Shown here: positions 1 to 7,278 of the stretch, in pieces | How positions within the stretch are numbered: the first letter of the stretch is position 1 | Layout of the letters: each line of letters opens with the position of its first letter | DNA from: a virus | Lineage: Duplodnaviria; Caudoviricetes | DNA length: 60,301 bases | IMG/VR virus record: IMGVR_UViG_3300042520_001556 | Coordinates: 1 to 60,301 of that record | Direction: 5' to 3' (one strand) | The notes under the pieces: generated by a model | What the model was told of the DNA's origin: nothing | The model's database searches: none | The model's input: only the letters and a program-made list of their open reading frames with translations | Translations under genes and position numbers: made by a program

Positions 1-30
1 TTCTGTGGACGAGCGAGACAATCAATGCTT

Positions 31-133
31 GGGGATGTAGTTCAACGGTAGAACGCGAAATCAAGCCCCGCGACAGCGCGGGGTGTGCTTCCCTTTTCAG
101 GCGTGAATCCCGGTTCGACTCCGGGCATCCCCA
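31..133 (+). tRNA. tRNA-like element with canonical acceptor, D and T arms but an expanded anticodon arm (identity unassignable)
   Basis: Acceptor stem GGGGATG(31-37)/CATCCCC(126-132); D arm GTTC-AACGGTA-GAAC; T arm CCCGG-TTCGACT-CCGGG(109-125); about 30 extra nt between the D and T arms, including hairpin CCCCGCG-ACAG-CGCGGGG(66-83); no encoded CCA. Confidence 0.7.
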
Positions 134-145
134 TTTTTCATCCAC

Positions 146-160
146 AGAACCAGTGTTTCT
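146..160 (-). repeat. attI-like simple site, left copy (AGAACCAGTGTTTCT)
   Basis: Exact 15-bp match to 1690-1704; minus strand reads AGAAAC-ACTG-GTTCT. Confidence 0.6.
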
Positions 161-178
161 CAACGTAAAGGAGTTTGC

Positions 179-472
179 ATGACGCCTTTTGGATTTGTCC
201 TGTCGGTTGCCACGCTGGTCGTTGGACTGCTGCTTGGATACTTCGCATCTCCGGCGACACCGAAGCCTGTACAGGATGACTACGCTGGTTGCCTGATTCA
301 CCCCGAGACAACGCCGCAGGTCAAGTGGGTGAAAATGACGCGGCCTACGAGGGACGCGATTATCGGCATCTACGCGGCCAACATGGACGAGTGCAAGAAG
401 TTCATGGAGGCGAACGACCGCGTTACGACGGGCGAGGCGGCGATACTGTGGCTCATGGAAAAGGCGAAGTGA
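179..472 (+). CDS. Cassette gene A, hypothetical protein with N-terminal transmembrane/signal segment
   Basis: RBS AAGGAG; hydrophobic N-terminus; TGA stop inside the TGAGAAC box. Confidence 0.75.
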   Translation: MTPFGFVLSVATLVVGLLLGYFASPATPKPVQDDYAGCLIHPETTPQVKWVKMTRPTRDAIIGIYAANMDECKKFMEANDRVTTGEAAILWLMEKAK

Positions 473-518
473 GAACGCCAGCGATCAGTGGCTCGTCCGC
501 TGCATCGCGTGGTTAGCC
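470..518 (-). repeat. attC-like site 1
   Basis: Minus strand GGCTAAC-CACGC-GATGCAGC-GG-A...ACTGATC-GCTGGC-GTTCTCA: AAC box, 5-nt spacer, 8-nt L'' with extra base, 7-nt L', 6-nt spacer, GTT. Confidence 0.8.
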
Positions 519-542
519 GGGTTGATTCACAAGGAGAAAGGA

Positions 543-764
543 ATGGCATACAGCGTGGAGCTCAGCCGCAAAATCTACGACGACGATTGCGGGGCTTGCA
601 TCCAAGTCGGCCCAGACAGCGACGGGCTTGGTTGCGTTGAGATTCGTACACCAGACGCCGACAGCGCGGAGCATTTCGGAGACATTCGATTCACCGTGTC
701 GCCGCAGTTGGCGAAGTTGCTTGGCAAGGCACTGATCGACGCGGCAGCGGATGCAGGGGCATAA
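543..764 (+). CDS. Cassette gene B, hypothetical protein
   Basis: RBS upstream of ATG 543; TAA stop inside the TAAC box. Confidence 0.7.
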   Translation: MAYSVELSRKIYDDDCGACIQVGPDSDGLGCVEIRTPDADSAEHFGDIRFTVSPQLAKLLGKALIDAAADAGA

Positions 765-787
765 CACGCAGGATCAGGAGCGGCGAG
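759..787 (-). repeat. Half (degenerate) attC-like site
   Basis: TAAC-ACGCA-GGATCAGGAGCGGCGA shares GGATCAGGAGCGGCGA with site 2, but no clear partner arm or GTT box follows. Confidence 0.6.
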
Positions 788-789
788 AC

Positions 790-1023
790 ATGAGCAAGGT
801 GGACATCTGCGTCCGGCTGCGGCTCGCTCCGGCGCACCTCATCGGCAAAGTAGACGAGGACACCTACTGGGCCTGCCATGAGGCCGCAGACGAGATCGAA
901 CGGCTGCGGCTCACCGACGCGGAGCGGGAGGCGGTGGCGCTGGCGAAGTCTCGTCTCGGGACTTCCGACGGCGACTGGCAGGCGGACGACGTACTTGCTG
1001 CCTTGCTGGAACGGCTAGGCTGA
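790..1023 (+). CDS. Cassette gene C, hypothetical protein (LTDAEREA...LLER module)
   Basis: ATG 790 after AGGAG; stop inside TGAGAAC. Confidence 0.7.
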   Translation: MSKVDICVRLRLAPAHLIGKVDEDTYWACHEAADEIERLRLTDAEREAVALAKSRLGTSDGDWQADDVLAALLERLG

Positions 1024-1110
1024 GAACGACAAGGATCAGGAGCGGCGAACTATGAACACAGACAACACGCAGGGCGGTGCCGAGCCGTCTCCTGCATCCG
1101 CTGGTTCTCA
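1021..1110 (-). repeat. attC-like site 2 (contains RBS and ATG of gene D)
   Basis: TGAGAAC...GGATCAGGAGCGGC(1033-1046) pairs with GCCG-T-CTCCTG-C-ATCC(1084-1099)...GTTCTCA; two extrahelical bases. Confidence 0.85.
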
Positions 1111-1393
1111 CGGGTCGGCATCGCGCTGGAACGGCGTGCCTGTAGCGTGGGCAGCGGTCGTCCAGAACGGCGTGCCGCTGTGTCTGGCGTACCATCGGCA
1201 GGACGCCCAAGGTGCGGTTGTCGGGATGGCGCAGGTCGTCCCGCTCTACCGCTCGCCCACGCTCACCGACGCGGAGCGGGAGGCGTTGAAGAAGGTGCTG
1301 CGGCGAGTGCGAGAAGACTACTTCGCGGGGCGGTTTGCCGACAGTGTGGAGGTCGCCGCCGTGATCGACGGCCTGCTTGAGCGGACAAAGTGA
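1052..1393 (+). CDS. Cassette gene D, hypothetical protein (LTDAEREA...LLER module)
   Basis: ORF starts inside attC site 2; stop inside GTGAGAAC. Confidence 0.75.
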   Translation: MNTDNTQGGAEPSPASAGSHGSASRWNGVPVAWAAVVQNGVPLCLAYHRQDAQGAVVGMAQVVPLYRSPTLTDAEREALKKVLRRVREDYFAGRFADSVEVAAVIDGLLERTK

Positions 1394-1480
1394 GAACGCC
1401 AGCGATCAGCGGCATCGAACACAGGAGACTGACACATGAACGATGATGATGAGGTGTCCGCTGCATCGCGTGGTTCTCAC
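1390..1480 (-). repeat. attC-like site 3 (contains RBS and ATG of gene E)
   Basis: GTGAGAAC...GCGATCAGCGGCATC(1402-1416) pairs with GGTG-T-CCGCTG-C-ATCGC(1453-1469)...GTTCTCAC. Confidence 0.85.
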
Positions 1481-1690
1481 GGGCAGGCGATCACAATGGT
1501 GATCGACGCGGAAATACGGGCGTTGATGCACGGTGCAGTAAGCCTCCGGCTTCACGCCGCCGAGCGAGCGCGCGGACAACAAGAACTAACCGATGCGTCA
1601 GAGATGTCTGACCTGCTTGCGATGGCAAATGTACTAGACGCGATGCGTCGGGAGCGCGAAGCAAAAGTCATGCGGTGGAAGTCAAGATGA
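1436..1690 (+). CDS. Cassette gene E, hypothetical protein
   Basis: RBS AGGAG 1423-1427 inside attC site 3; stop inside TGAGAAC. Confidence 0.7.
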   Translation: MNDDDEVSAASRGSHGQAITMVIDAEIRALMHGAVSLRLHAAERARGQQELTDASEMSDLLAMANVLDAMRREREAKVMRWKSR

Positions 1691-1719
1691 GAACCAGTGT
1701 TTCTGCGGAACGTGATAAC
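1688..1719 (-). repeat. attI-like site, right copy, with an upstream GTTATCA box
   Basis: Minus strand GTTATCA...CCGCAGAAAC-ACTG-G|TTCTCA; closes the array; no attC hairpin. Confidence 0.6.
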
Positions 1720-1808
1720 GCACGGCACTAGATAAAGAGCCTACGGAAGATTGCAGAAAACCGCATGTTGTGTGCAGCGAAACGTATCACTCCTGATACA
1801 CACCGCAA

Positions 1809-2012
1809 ATGAAAGCCACCCTAGAGTTTGACCTGCCCGACGAGCAGGGCGAGTTCGACGCCGCACGGCTGGGCCACAAGGCACTGCTCGCTCTCTGGGA
1901 CATCGACCAGCGGTGCCGCAGCTTGCTCAAGCACGGCGACCCGAGCGAGGAGACGGCACGGCTGGCGGAAGAGATACGGGGCATGATCGACGGGGAGTTG
2001 CTGGACACATGA
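1809..2012 (+). CDS. Small conserved-type phage hypothetical protein (MKATLEFDLP...)
   Basis: ORF resembling a common small phage protein family; stop overlaps the next ATG. Confidence 0.7.
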   Translation: MKATLEFDLPDEQGEFDAARLGHKALLALWDIDQRCRSLLKHGDPSEETARLAEEIRGMIDGELLDT

Positions 2013-2106
2013 AACTGCGGCTTTTTATGCTCAGTATGGCCCTGTCGGCCGGTCTTCTGGCCTTGGCCCTGGCCGGGGCCTTGGTGTTTCTCAGGTCCGC
2101 GTTCTA

Positions 2107-2121
2107 GGGCATTAGTCCCTA
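2107..2121 (+). promoter_or_regulatory. Putative late promoter motif GGRCAHTA-N4-STA, copy 1
   Basis: GGGCATTA-GTCC-CTA ending 5 nt before ATG 2127; six copies in the window. Confidence 0.6.
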
Positions 2122-2126
2122 GAGCC

Positions 2127-3263
2127 ATGGCATACACCACGTATTTCGATCTTGTCGAATCGCTGATCGTCTCGTCCTACGGCGGGCCCCAGGATGCCGA
2201 GCAGCGGGACATTCGCACGGCCATCCACCGGGCGTACGACGAGCTGACGACCATCCGCGACTGGGCGTATTACCACGTTCACGGACGGGTCATTCTTCAG
2301 GCCCCGTACGACACTGGGAGTGTCACCTCCAGCGGCGTCACCGTAACGCTCACGGGTGGCACCTGGCCCTCTTGGGCGGCCACGGGCGCCTACCTGAAGG
2401 TGGGCGAGGAAATCTGCCGGGTGGCCACCAGAACGTCCAACAGCGTCATCGTCTTGGACTCCGCCCTGTCGCTAAAGGCTAATGTCACCGCCTCTCCGTA
2501 CATCCTGTACCGCACGGTCTACCCCCTGCCCAGTGACTTCCGAAACCTGGACGAGCCCTCCGACGAATACAACTGGTGGAGCGGTCTGTATGTGACGCCC
2601 GACCAGGCCATGAAGCTGGAGCGGGTGTCAAACTCCTCTGGTGAGCCCTACCACTGGACGGTCGTCAAAGATCCAGACTCCACCGGCTGGGCAATCAAGG
2701 TCATTGGGTATCCAACCGGCACCCAGACCCTGGACTTTACCTACCGGCGGGCGGCACGGCCGATTCGCTGGAGCGGGCATGAGGCGAACGCCCGGGCGGG
2801 CACCATCACCTCGCAGTACGTCGCCCCCGTGCTGGACGTTAACGGCGCCGGCACCAACTTCCAAGCCAGCATGGCGGGCTCCATTTTGCGAATCGGTGAC
2901 GCATCAAACCACCCGGGGCCGATAGAGTCGCTCACCCCGTATACGGCCGAGATGCTCATCCTGTCCGTTAACGACAACGAAGAGCTGACCACTCAGGGTT
3001 CGCTGGAGCTGCTGACGCCCACCAAGTACCTCATCACCGATCCCATCGATGTCGCCGCGCATATGGCTGGAGCCATGGATTCTGCTTGCGACTACTGGCT
3101 AGCGCGGATCCGGGGCACGGGAGAGGACAAGGCGTTTTCCATGTACCAGCGTGACCTCCGGCTCGCCATGGAACAGGACCAGCTTGCGCCGCTTTCTGGC
3201 CGGTCCCGCTACGTGTGGCATGACGGCGGCTGGCGTAGCTCCCTACAGGCGGATGCTGGATGA
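2127..3263 (+). CDS. Putative head-tail adaptor / tail tubular protein A-like
   Basis: AIHRAY..W N-terminus and YPLPSDF motif typical of podovirus adaptors; precedes the nozzle. Confidence 0.6.
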   Translation: MAYTTYFDLVESLIVSSYGGPQDAEQRDIRTAIHRAYDELTTIRDWAYYHVHGRVILQAPYDTGSVTSSGVTVTLTGGTWPSWAATGAYLKVGEEICRVATRTSNSVIVLDSALSLKANVTASPYILYRTVYPLPSDFRNLDEPSDEYNWWSGLYVTPDQAMKLERVSNSSGEPYHWTVVKDPDSTGWAIKVIGYPTGTQTLDFTYRRAARPIRWSGHEANARAGTITSQYVAPVLDVNGAGTNFQASMAGSILRIGDASNHPGPIESLTPYTAEMLILSVNDNEELTTQGSLELLTPTKYLITDPIDVAAHMAGAMDSACDYWLARIRGTGEDKAFSMYQRDLRLAMEQDQLAPLSGRSRYVWHDGGWRSSLQADAG

Positions 3264-3523
3264 TCGTCATCGACAAGTGGATGGGCCTGGTGACCAATGC
3301 CTCGCCGTACACCCTGCCTCCCGGGGCGGCGGTGACGCAGGTCAACCTCCAGGTGCTATCCCCCGGTCAGCTTACCGGCAGGCCGGGACTGAATGCCGTG
3401 TCGTTTACCTCCATCACCGCAGGCACAACGGCCATCCGGTCTGCGATGCGATACCCCGACGAAAACGGCCTGGTCTACCAGGACGCTGCGGGTGCCATCC
3501 GTGTCGGTAAGGGGCCATCCTGA
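3260..3523 (+). CDS. Short protein resembling the N-terminus of a tail nozzle / stabilisation protein
   Basis: GLVTNASPYTLPPG...N...GQLTGRPG; TGATG overlap with the next gene. Confidence 0.55.
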   Translation: MIVIDKWMGLVTNASPYTLPPGAAVTQVNLQVLSPGQLTGRPGLNAVSFTSITAGTTAIRSAMRYPDENGLVYQDAAGAIRVGKGPS

Positions 3524-6318
3524 TGCTGATCGGCAACCGTACCACGGGGCAACTGGCGTCGATCCGTATCGTCACCGGGGGTAAGGACTACACCTCCGCC
3601 CCCGGGGTGGTGGTGAGCGGTGCTGGCGGGACGGGCGTTTCTGCCGTAGCCGTGATGGCTGGCACGCGGCTGGACTCTGTGATCATTGCCAACGGCGGAA
3701 CTGGGCACACGGCCAGCCCGACTGTGTCGTTTACCGTCCCGTCCGCCGGGGTGACGATCTCCTCCATCACGGCAGGAACCGCCTCTGTGACGGTGACGCT
3801 GGCGTCGGCAGTCACAGACCTGTCTTGGCCCAAGCTCATCAGCGGTGGCGTGACGGCCAATGCGGTGTTTTTCAACACCACGCAACTCACCGCCGCCACT
3901 ACGGCAACGACCGGCGCGGCGACCCTCATGCACCTGGGTTCCGGGGCGTCAGCGGTGGCATACGCCCACACGGGCGCCCTGCGGCCCATGAGCTTCTTCA
4001 AAGGGCGGTTTGGCACGGTCTACGGCGTGGACGGCATGGGCCGGGGCATCCGCTGGCCAGGTGGGGCAGCGTCGGTTCAGCCCATTGGTCTGCACAAGCC
4101 CGCCCGGGCTCCTGTGGTCACGGCGGGCTCCACCTCCGCCGGCAAGCGAGTGTCGTCCATCCAGATGGTAGACGGTGGGCGGGGCTATTCCTCTGTGCCC
4201 ACGGTGACGATCTCTGGCGGCACGCCCACCCGCCCGGCCACGGCCCAGGCCCTGATCGTCAACGGCTCCGTGGTGGGCGTGCGGGTGTCCGATCCTGGCT
4301 CTGGCTACCAGTCCAACCCGACCGTGTCGTTTTCCGGCGGGCTGGGCTCTGGGGCTGCTTTTGGCGTGGGGGTCAATGGGGTCATTTCTGGCCTCCGGAT
4401 TACCAACCGGGGCTCTGGGTACGTGCAGTCCGGAACCCAGGCCCCGACCATTGCCGTGAACACCAGCAATGGCCTAACGGGCTTCGTCGGCTCCGTGGTG
4501 GTCAACGGCGACGGGCTGGTCGATAGCATCCAGGTAATCAACCCCGGCTCTGGTGCCACCACCACGCCGACCTTCACCATCGGCGCGGGGACGGGGTCCG
4601 GCGCTGCGGCAGCCGGCGATGTCACGTACTCCGTGGTGTCCGTGTCTGCGACCAGCGCGGGCAGCGGGTTCTTCACTGCCCCGTTCATCACCGTCCGGCC
4701 TGCCGCCACCGATCCCTTCGGAGGCGGCGCTGAGCTAGAGGCTACGGTCAACACGGCCGGCCAGGTCACCGCCGTGACCGTGGCCCGGGGAGGTCAGTAC
4801 ACGGCCCCGCCCACGGCGTTGATTGCCGACACGCACGCCCGCGCCCAGGCCAGCGTGGCCGAGCCCATGCGGGGGAAGTACCTGTGTGCCATCCGCTACA
4901 TCGACAACACTGACCCCGAGGTGGGCGGGCCGTTCGCATCCTCTATCTCCCATCTGGTCGAACTAGAGGCAGGGACGGGATCCGGGCAGGTGCTGTGGAC
5001 GTTTGCGCACCCCTACGTGGACGACCGCGTCACGGCGATGGAGCTGTGGAGGACATCGGGCGACCAGGCGGTGGTATTGTTCCGCGTGGCCACCATCCAG
5101 AAGACCGACCCCAACTGGGCCACCACCTACACCGACACACTGAGCGACCCCGACCTGACCGACCCCAAGCGGGAAGGCTACGGCCTCATGCCGGTCACGC
5201 TTCCCAGCGGGCAGATCAACGCCCGGCGATTTGAAGTGCCATCGGGCAAGTTTGCCGTGGGCGTCATGTTCCAGGACCGCACTTGGTACGCCGTGGACAC
5301 CTCTGGCCAGGCCCCCAACAGCCTGTACTACTCCGAGATTGACGAGCCAGAAAGCGTGCCAGCGGCCAATGAGCTGGTGCTGCAAGAAAACACAGGGCTC
5401 CCAGACAGGATTGTGGCCCTCGTCCCCTTTGGCTCCATGCTGCTGATCTGCCAGACTTCGCACATCTACCAGATGATGTACGTGGCCCAGCCCGTCCTGG
5501 ATGCCTCCATCCTGCTGGCCGCGCACCGTGGCGTACTGAACAGCCGCTGCTGGGGTGTCTTGTCAGGGGTGGCCTTTCTGGTGGACTCCGTGGGCCTGTA
5601 CGCCTTCGACGGCAACTCCGAGCAGAGCATCTCTGTCGCCGTCGATAACTACTGGCGGGACCGGATCATCGACTTCTCCAAGTCGGACAAGTTCCACGTT
5701 GCCTGCGACCCCCTGACTCGCACGGTGCGGTTCTATTACTGCCGCTCCGCCGACTCCGAGCCCGTGCGGGCACTGTGCTACTGCACTGCCACGCAAGCCT
5801 GGTGGGAAGAGTCGTACGCCACGGCAGTCACGGCAACTTCCGTGCCGACAATCAGCGGGCAGTTGCGACTGACTTCCGGCGGGGGCGATGGCGCGTGGCG
5901 CAAGGAGTCCGGGACGCAGGACGGCGGGACGGGTGTCTCCTACTCGCTCCGCACTGGCAACATGTCGCTCACCGACGAGCCCGACCGGGGCATCGCCGTG
6001 CAGTACAAGCCCACCACGGGGGACAGCAACCTGAACGTGTCGCTGCACTTCAACAACTCCGACACCGCCCGGCAGAATGCCATTCAGTCCAACACTGGCA
6101 CAGGCTTTACGGTGACCGCTGGCGGGCCGGCGACGATCAATCTGAAGCGGACGCGGTCTGCTCTGGGCGAGGCGACCGGCACGGCAGTGGCGCACTACTC
6201 TGGCCGCAAGAGCGAGCGAAGCGCCGGCGGAGATCAGCATCTTGCCGTGCAGGTCGCCGGCACGCAGGCGGCCGACCCAGTGGCTCTGTTTGGCGTCCGC
6301 ATCATGGGGGTCAAGTAA
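3523..6318 (+). CDS. Putative tail nozzle / tubular protein B-like with repeated beta-rich GGSGY..PTV domains
   Basis: 931 aa; repeated (G/P)GxGYxxxPTV units; C-terminal propeller-like region (LYYSEIDEPES, IVALVPFG). Confidence 0.65.
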   Translation: MLIGNRTTGQLASIRIVTGGKDYTSAPGVVVSGAGGTGVSAVAVMAGTRLDSVIIANGGTGHTASPTVSFTVPSAGVTISSITAGTASVTVTLASAVTDLSWPKLISGGVTANAVFFNTTQLTAATTATTGAATLMHLGSGASAVAYAHTGALRPMSFFKGRFGTVYGVDGMGRGIRWPGGAASVQPIGLHKPARAPVVTAGSTSAGKRVSSIQMVDGGRGYSSVPTVTISGGTPTRPATAQALIVNGSVVGVRVSDPGSGYQSNPTVSFSGGLGSGAAFGVGVNGVISGLRITNRGSGYVQSGTQAPTIAVNTSNGLTGFVGSVVVNGDGLVDSIQVINPGSGATTTPTFTIGAGTGSGAAAAGDVTYSVVSVSATSAGSGFFTAPFITVRPAATDPFGGGAELEATVNTAGQVTAVTVARGGQYTAPPTALIADTHARAQASVAEPMRGKYLCAIRYIDNTDPEVGGPFASSISHLVELEAGTGSGQVLWTFAHPYVDDRVTAMELWRTSGDQAVVLFRVATIQKTDPNWATTYTDTLSDPDLTDPKREGYGLMPVTLPSGQINARRFEVPSGKFAVGVMFQDRTWYAVDTSGQAPNSLYYSEIDEPESVPAANELVLQENTGLPDRIVALVPFGSMLLICQTSHIYQMMYVAQPVLDASILLAAHRGVLNSRCWGVLSGVAFLVDSVGLYAFDGNSEQSISVAVDNYWRDRIIDFSKSDKFHVACDPLTRTVRFYYCRSADSEPVRALCYCTATQAWWEESYATAVTATSVPTISGQLRLTSGGGDGAWRKESGTQDGGTGVSYSLRTGNMSLTDEPDRGIAVQYKPTTGDSNLNVSLHFNNSDTARQNAIQSNTGTGFTVTAGGPATINLKRTRSALGEATGTAVAHYSGRKSERSAGGDQHLAVQVAGTQAADPVALFGVRIMGVK

Positions 6319-7244
6319 TGCTTACCCAGGCCATGCCGGCGTTAGCGCAGGCCATGCAGGGCGTGATGCCCCAAATGGCCGTGCGGCGGATGATGCAGGC
6401 GTTGGGCAACTGCAACCAGCCCCTGGAACACCGGGGGCCAGTTGCGATCCGCCCCACTACCAGGACGCCACAGAACGAGCTGGGCCTGGGCGGCGGGCAG
6501 GGCGGCGGAGGCTCTTTCGGGCCAGGCGTGTACAGCGATGGCGGCGTGTGGAATCAAAACCTGATCAACCAGTTCACTGATGTTTCTCAGGTGTTCAACA
6601 ACAACTCCTTCATCGACATCCCCACGTACAACAACTACTTCAACACCCTGAACAACAACTTCGCTGGCGACGAGTTCCTGTTCAACACCAACGCCAACTA
6701 CAACACCAACCTGTTCCCCACCACCATCATCAACGGCGTCATCGGTTCGGATGGCATCAACGGCATCAACGGCTTTAACGGCGTGGATGGCCAGCCCGGC
6801 GTGTCTGGTGCCGCCGGTCTGGCGGGCGCTGCCGGAGCGGACGGAGCCCCAGGCGTGGCTGGGCCGGCGGGCGCGGCTGGTGCGGCGGGCTTGGCTGGTG
6901 CCGCTGGTGCTGCTGGTGCTGCTGGCCCCGCCGGCGCGGCGGGTGTTGCTGGGCTTCCCGGCATTCCCGGCCTGCCCGGCCTGCCCGGGATTGGGGGCGG
7001 CTACGAACTCCGCCAGGTGGACGGCCGCTTCCAGGTAAACCTCGTCCAGAACGTAACCGTGAAGGCGGCCACTGTTTCTGTGGATGTTCCGAAATATCGC
7101 TTTGACGCCGACAGCTGCGAGCTGGTCCCTGACGGCGTGGATACGGTGGAAGAAAACGTCAACGTGCAACTGAACATCGACCGGGGTCCGGAGGTGTTTG
7201 GGCAAATCCTCTACACGCTCAAGCCCAAGGCCGGTTACCCATAG
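6318..7244 (+). CDS. Collagen-like virion (fibre/needle) protein
   Basis: TAATG-coupled start; Asn-rich segment, then about 29 uninterrupted Gly-X-Y triplets (6735-6995). Confidence 0.75.
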   Translation: MLTQAMPALAQAMQGVMPQMAVRRMMQALGNCNQPLEHRGPVAIRPTTRTPQNELGLGGGQGGGGSFGPGVYSDGGVWNQNLINQFTDVSQVFNNNSFIDIPTYNNYFNTLNNNFAGDEFLFNTNANYNTNLFPTTIINGVIGSDGINGINGFNGVDGQPGVSGAAGLAGAAGADGAPGVAGPAGAAGAAGLAGAAGAAGAAGPAGAAGVAGLPGIPGLPGLPGIGGGYELRQVDGRFQVNLVQNVTVKAATVSVDVPKYRFDADSCELVPDGVDTVEENVNVQLNIDRGPEVFGQILYTLKPKAGYP

Positions 7245-7253
7245 CCGCCTTTC

Positions 7254-7268
7254 GGACATTAGTCCGTA
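7254..7268 (+). promoter_or_regulatory. Putative late promoter motif, copy 2
   Basis: GGACATTA-GTCC-GTA running into RBS GGAG; ATG at 7279. Confidence 0.6.
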
Positions 7269-7278
7269 GGAGTACAGC

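Larger units (their letters stand above)
146..1704 (-). mobile_element. Integron-like gene cassette array without an integron integrase in the window (CALIN-like), genes antisense to the attC sites
   Basis: Three complete and one half attC-type hairpins separate five short ORFs; the array is flanked by the direct repeat AGAACCAGTGTTTCT (146-160, 1690-1704). Confidence 0.8.

Noticed and set aside
745-757. CAGCGGATGCAGG, the reverse complement of 1091-1103 in attC site 2
   Set aside because: Lies in coding sequence without an AAC box at the right spacing; may be chance in GC-rich DNA
470-1480. CRISPR array interpretation of the repeated intergenic motifs
   Set aside because: Repeats vary in length and sequence, the intervals are 240-370 nt and contain genes, and no cas genes are present; attC architecture fits better
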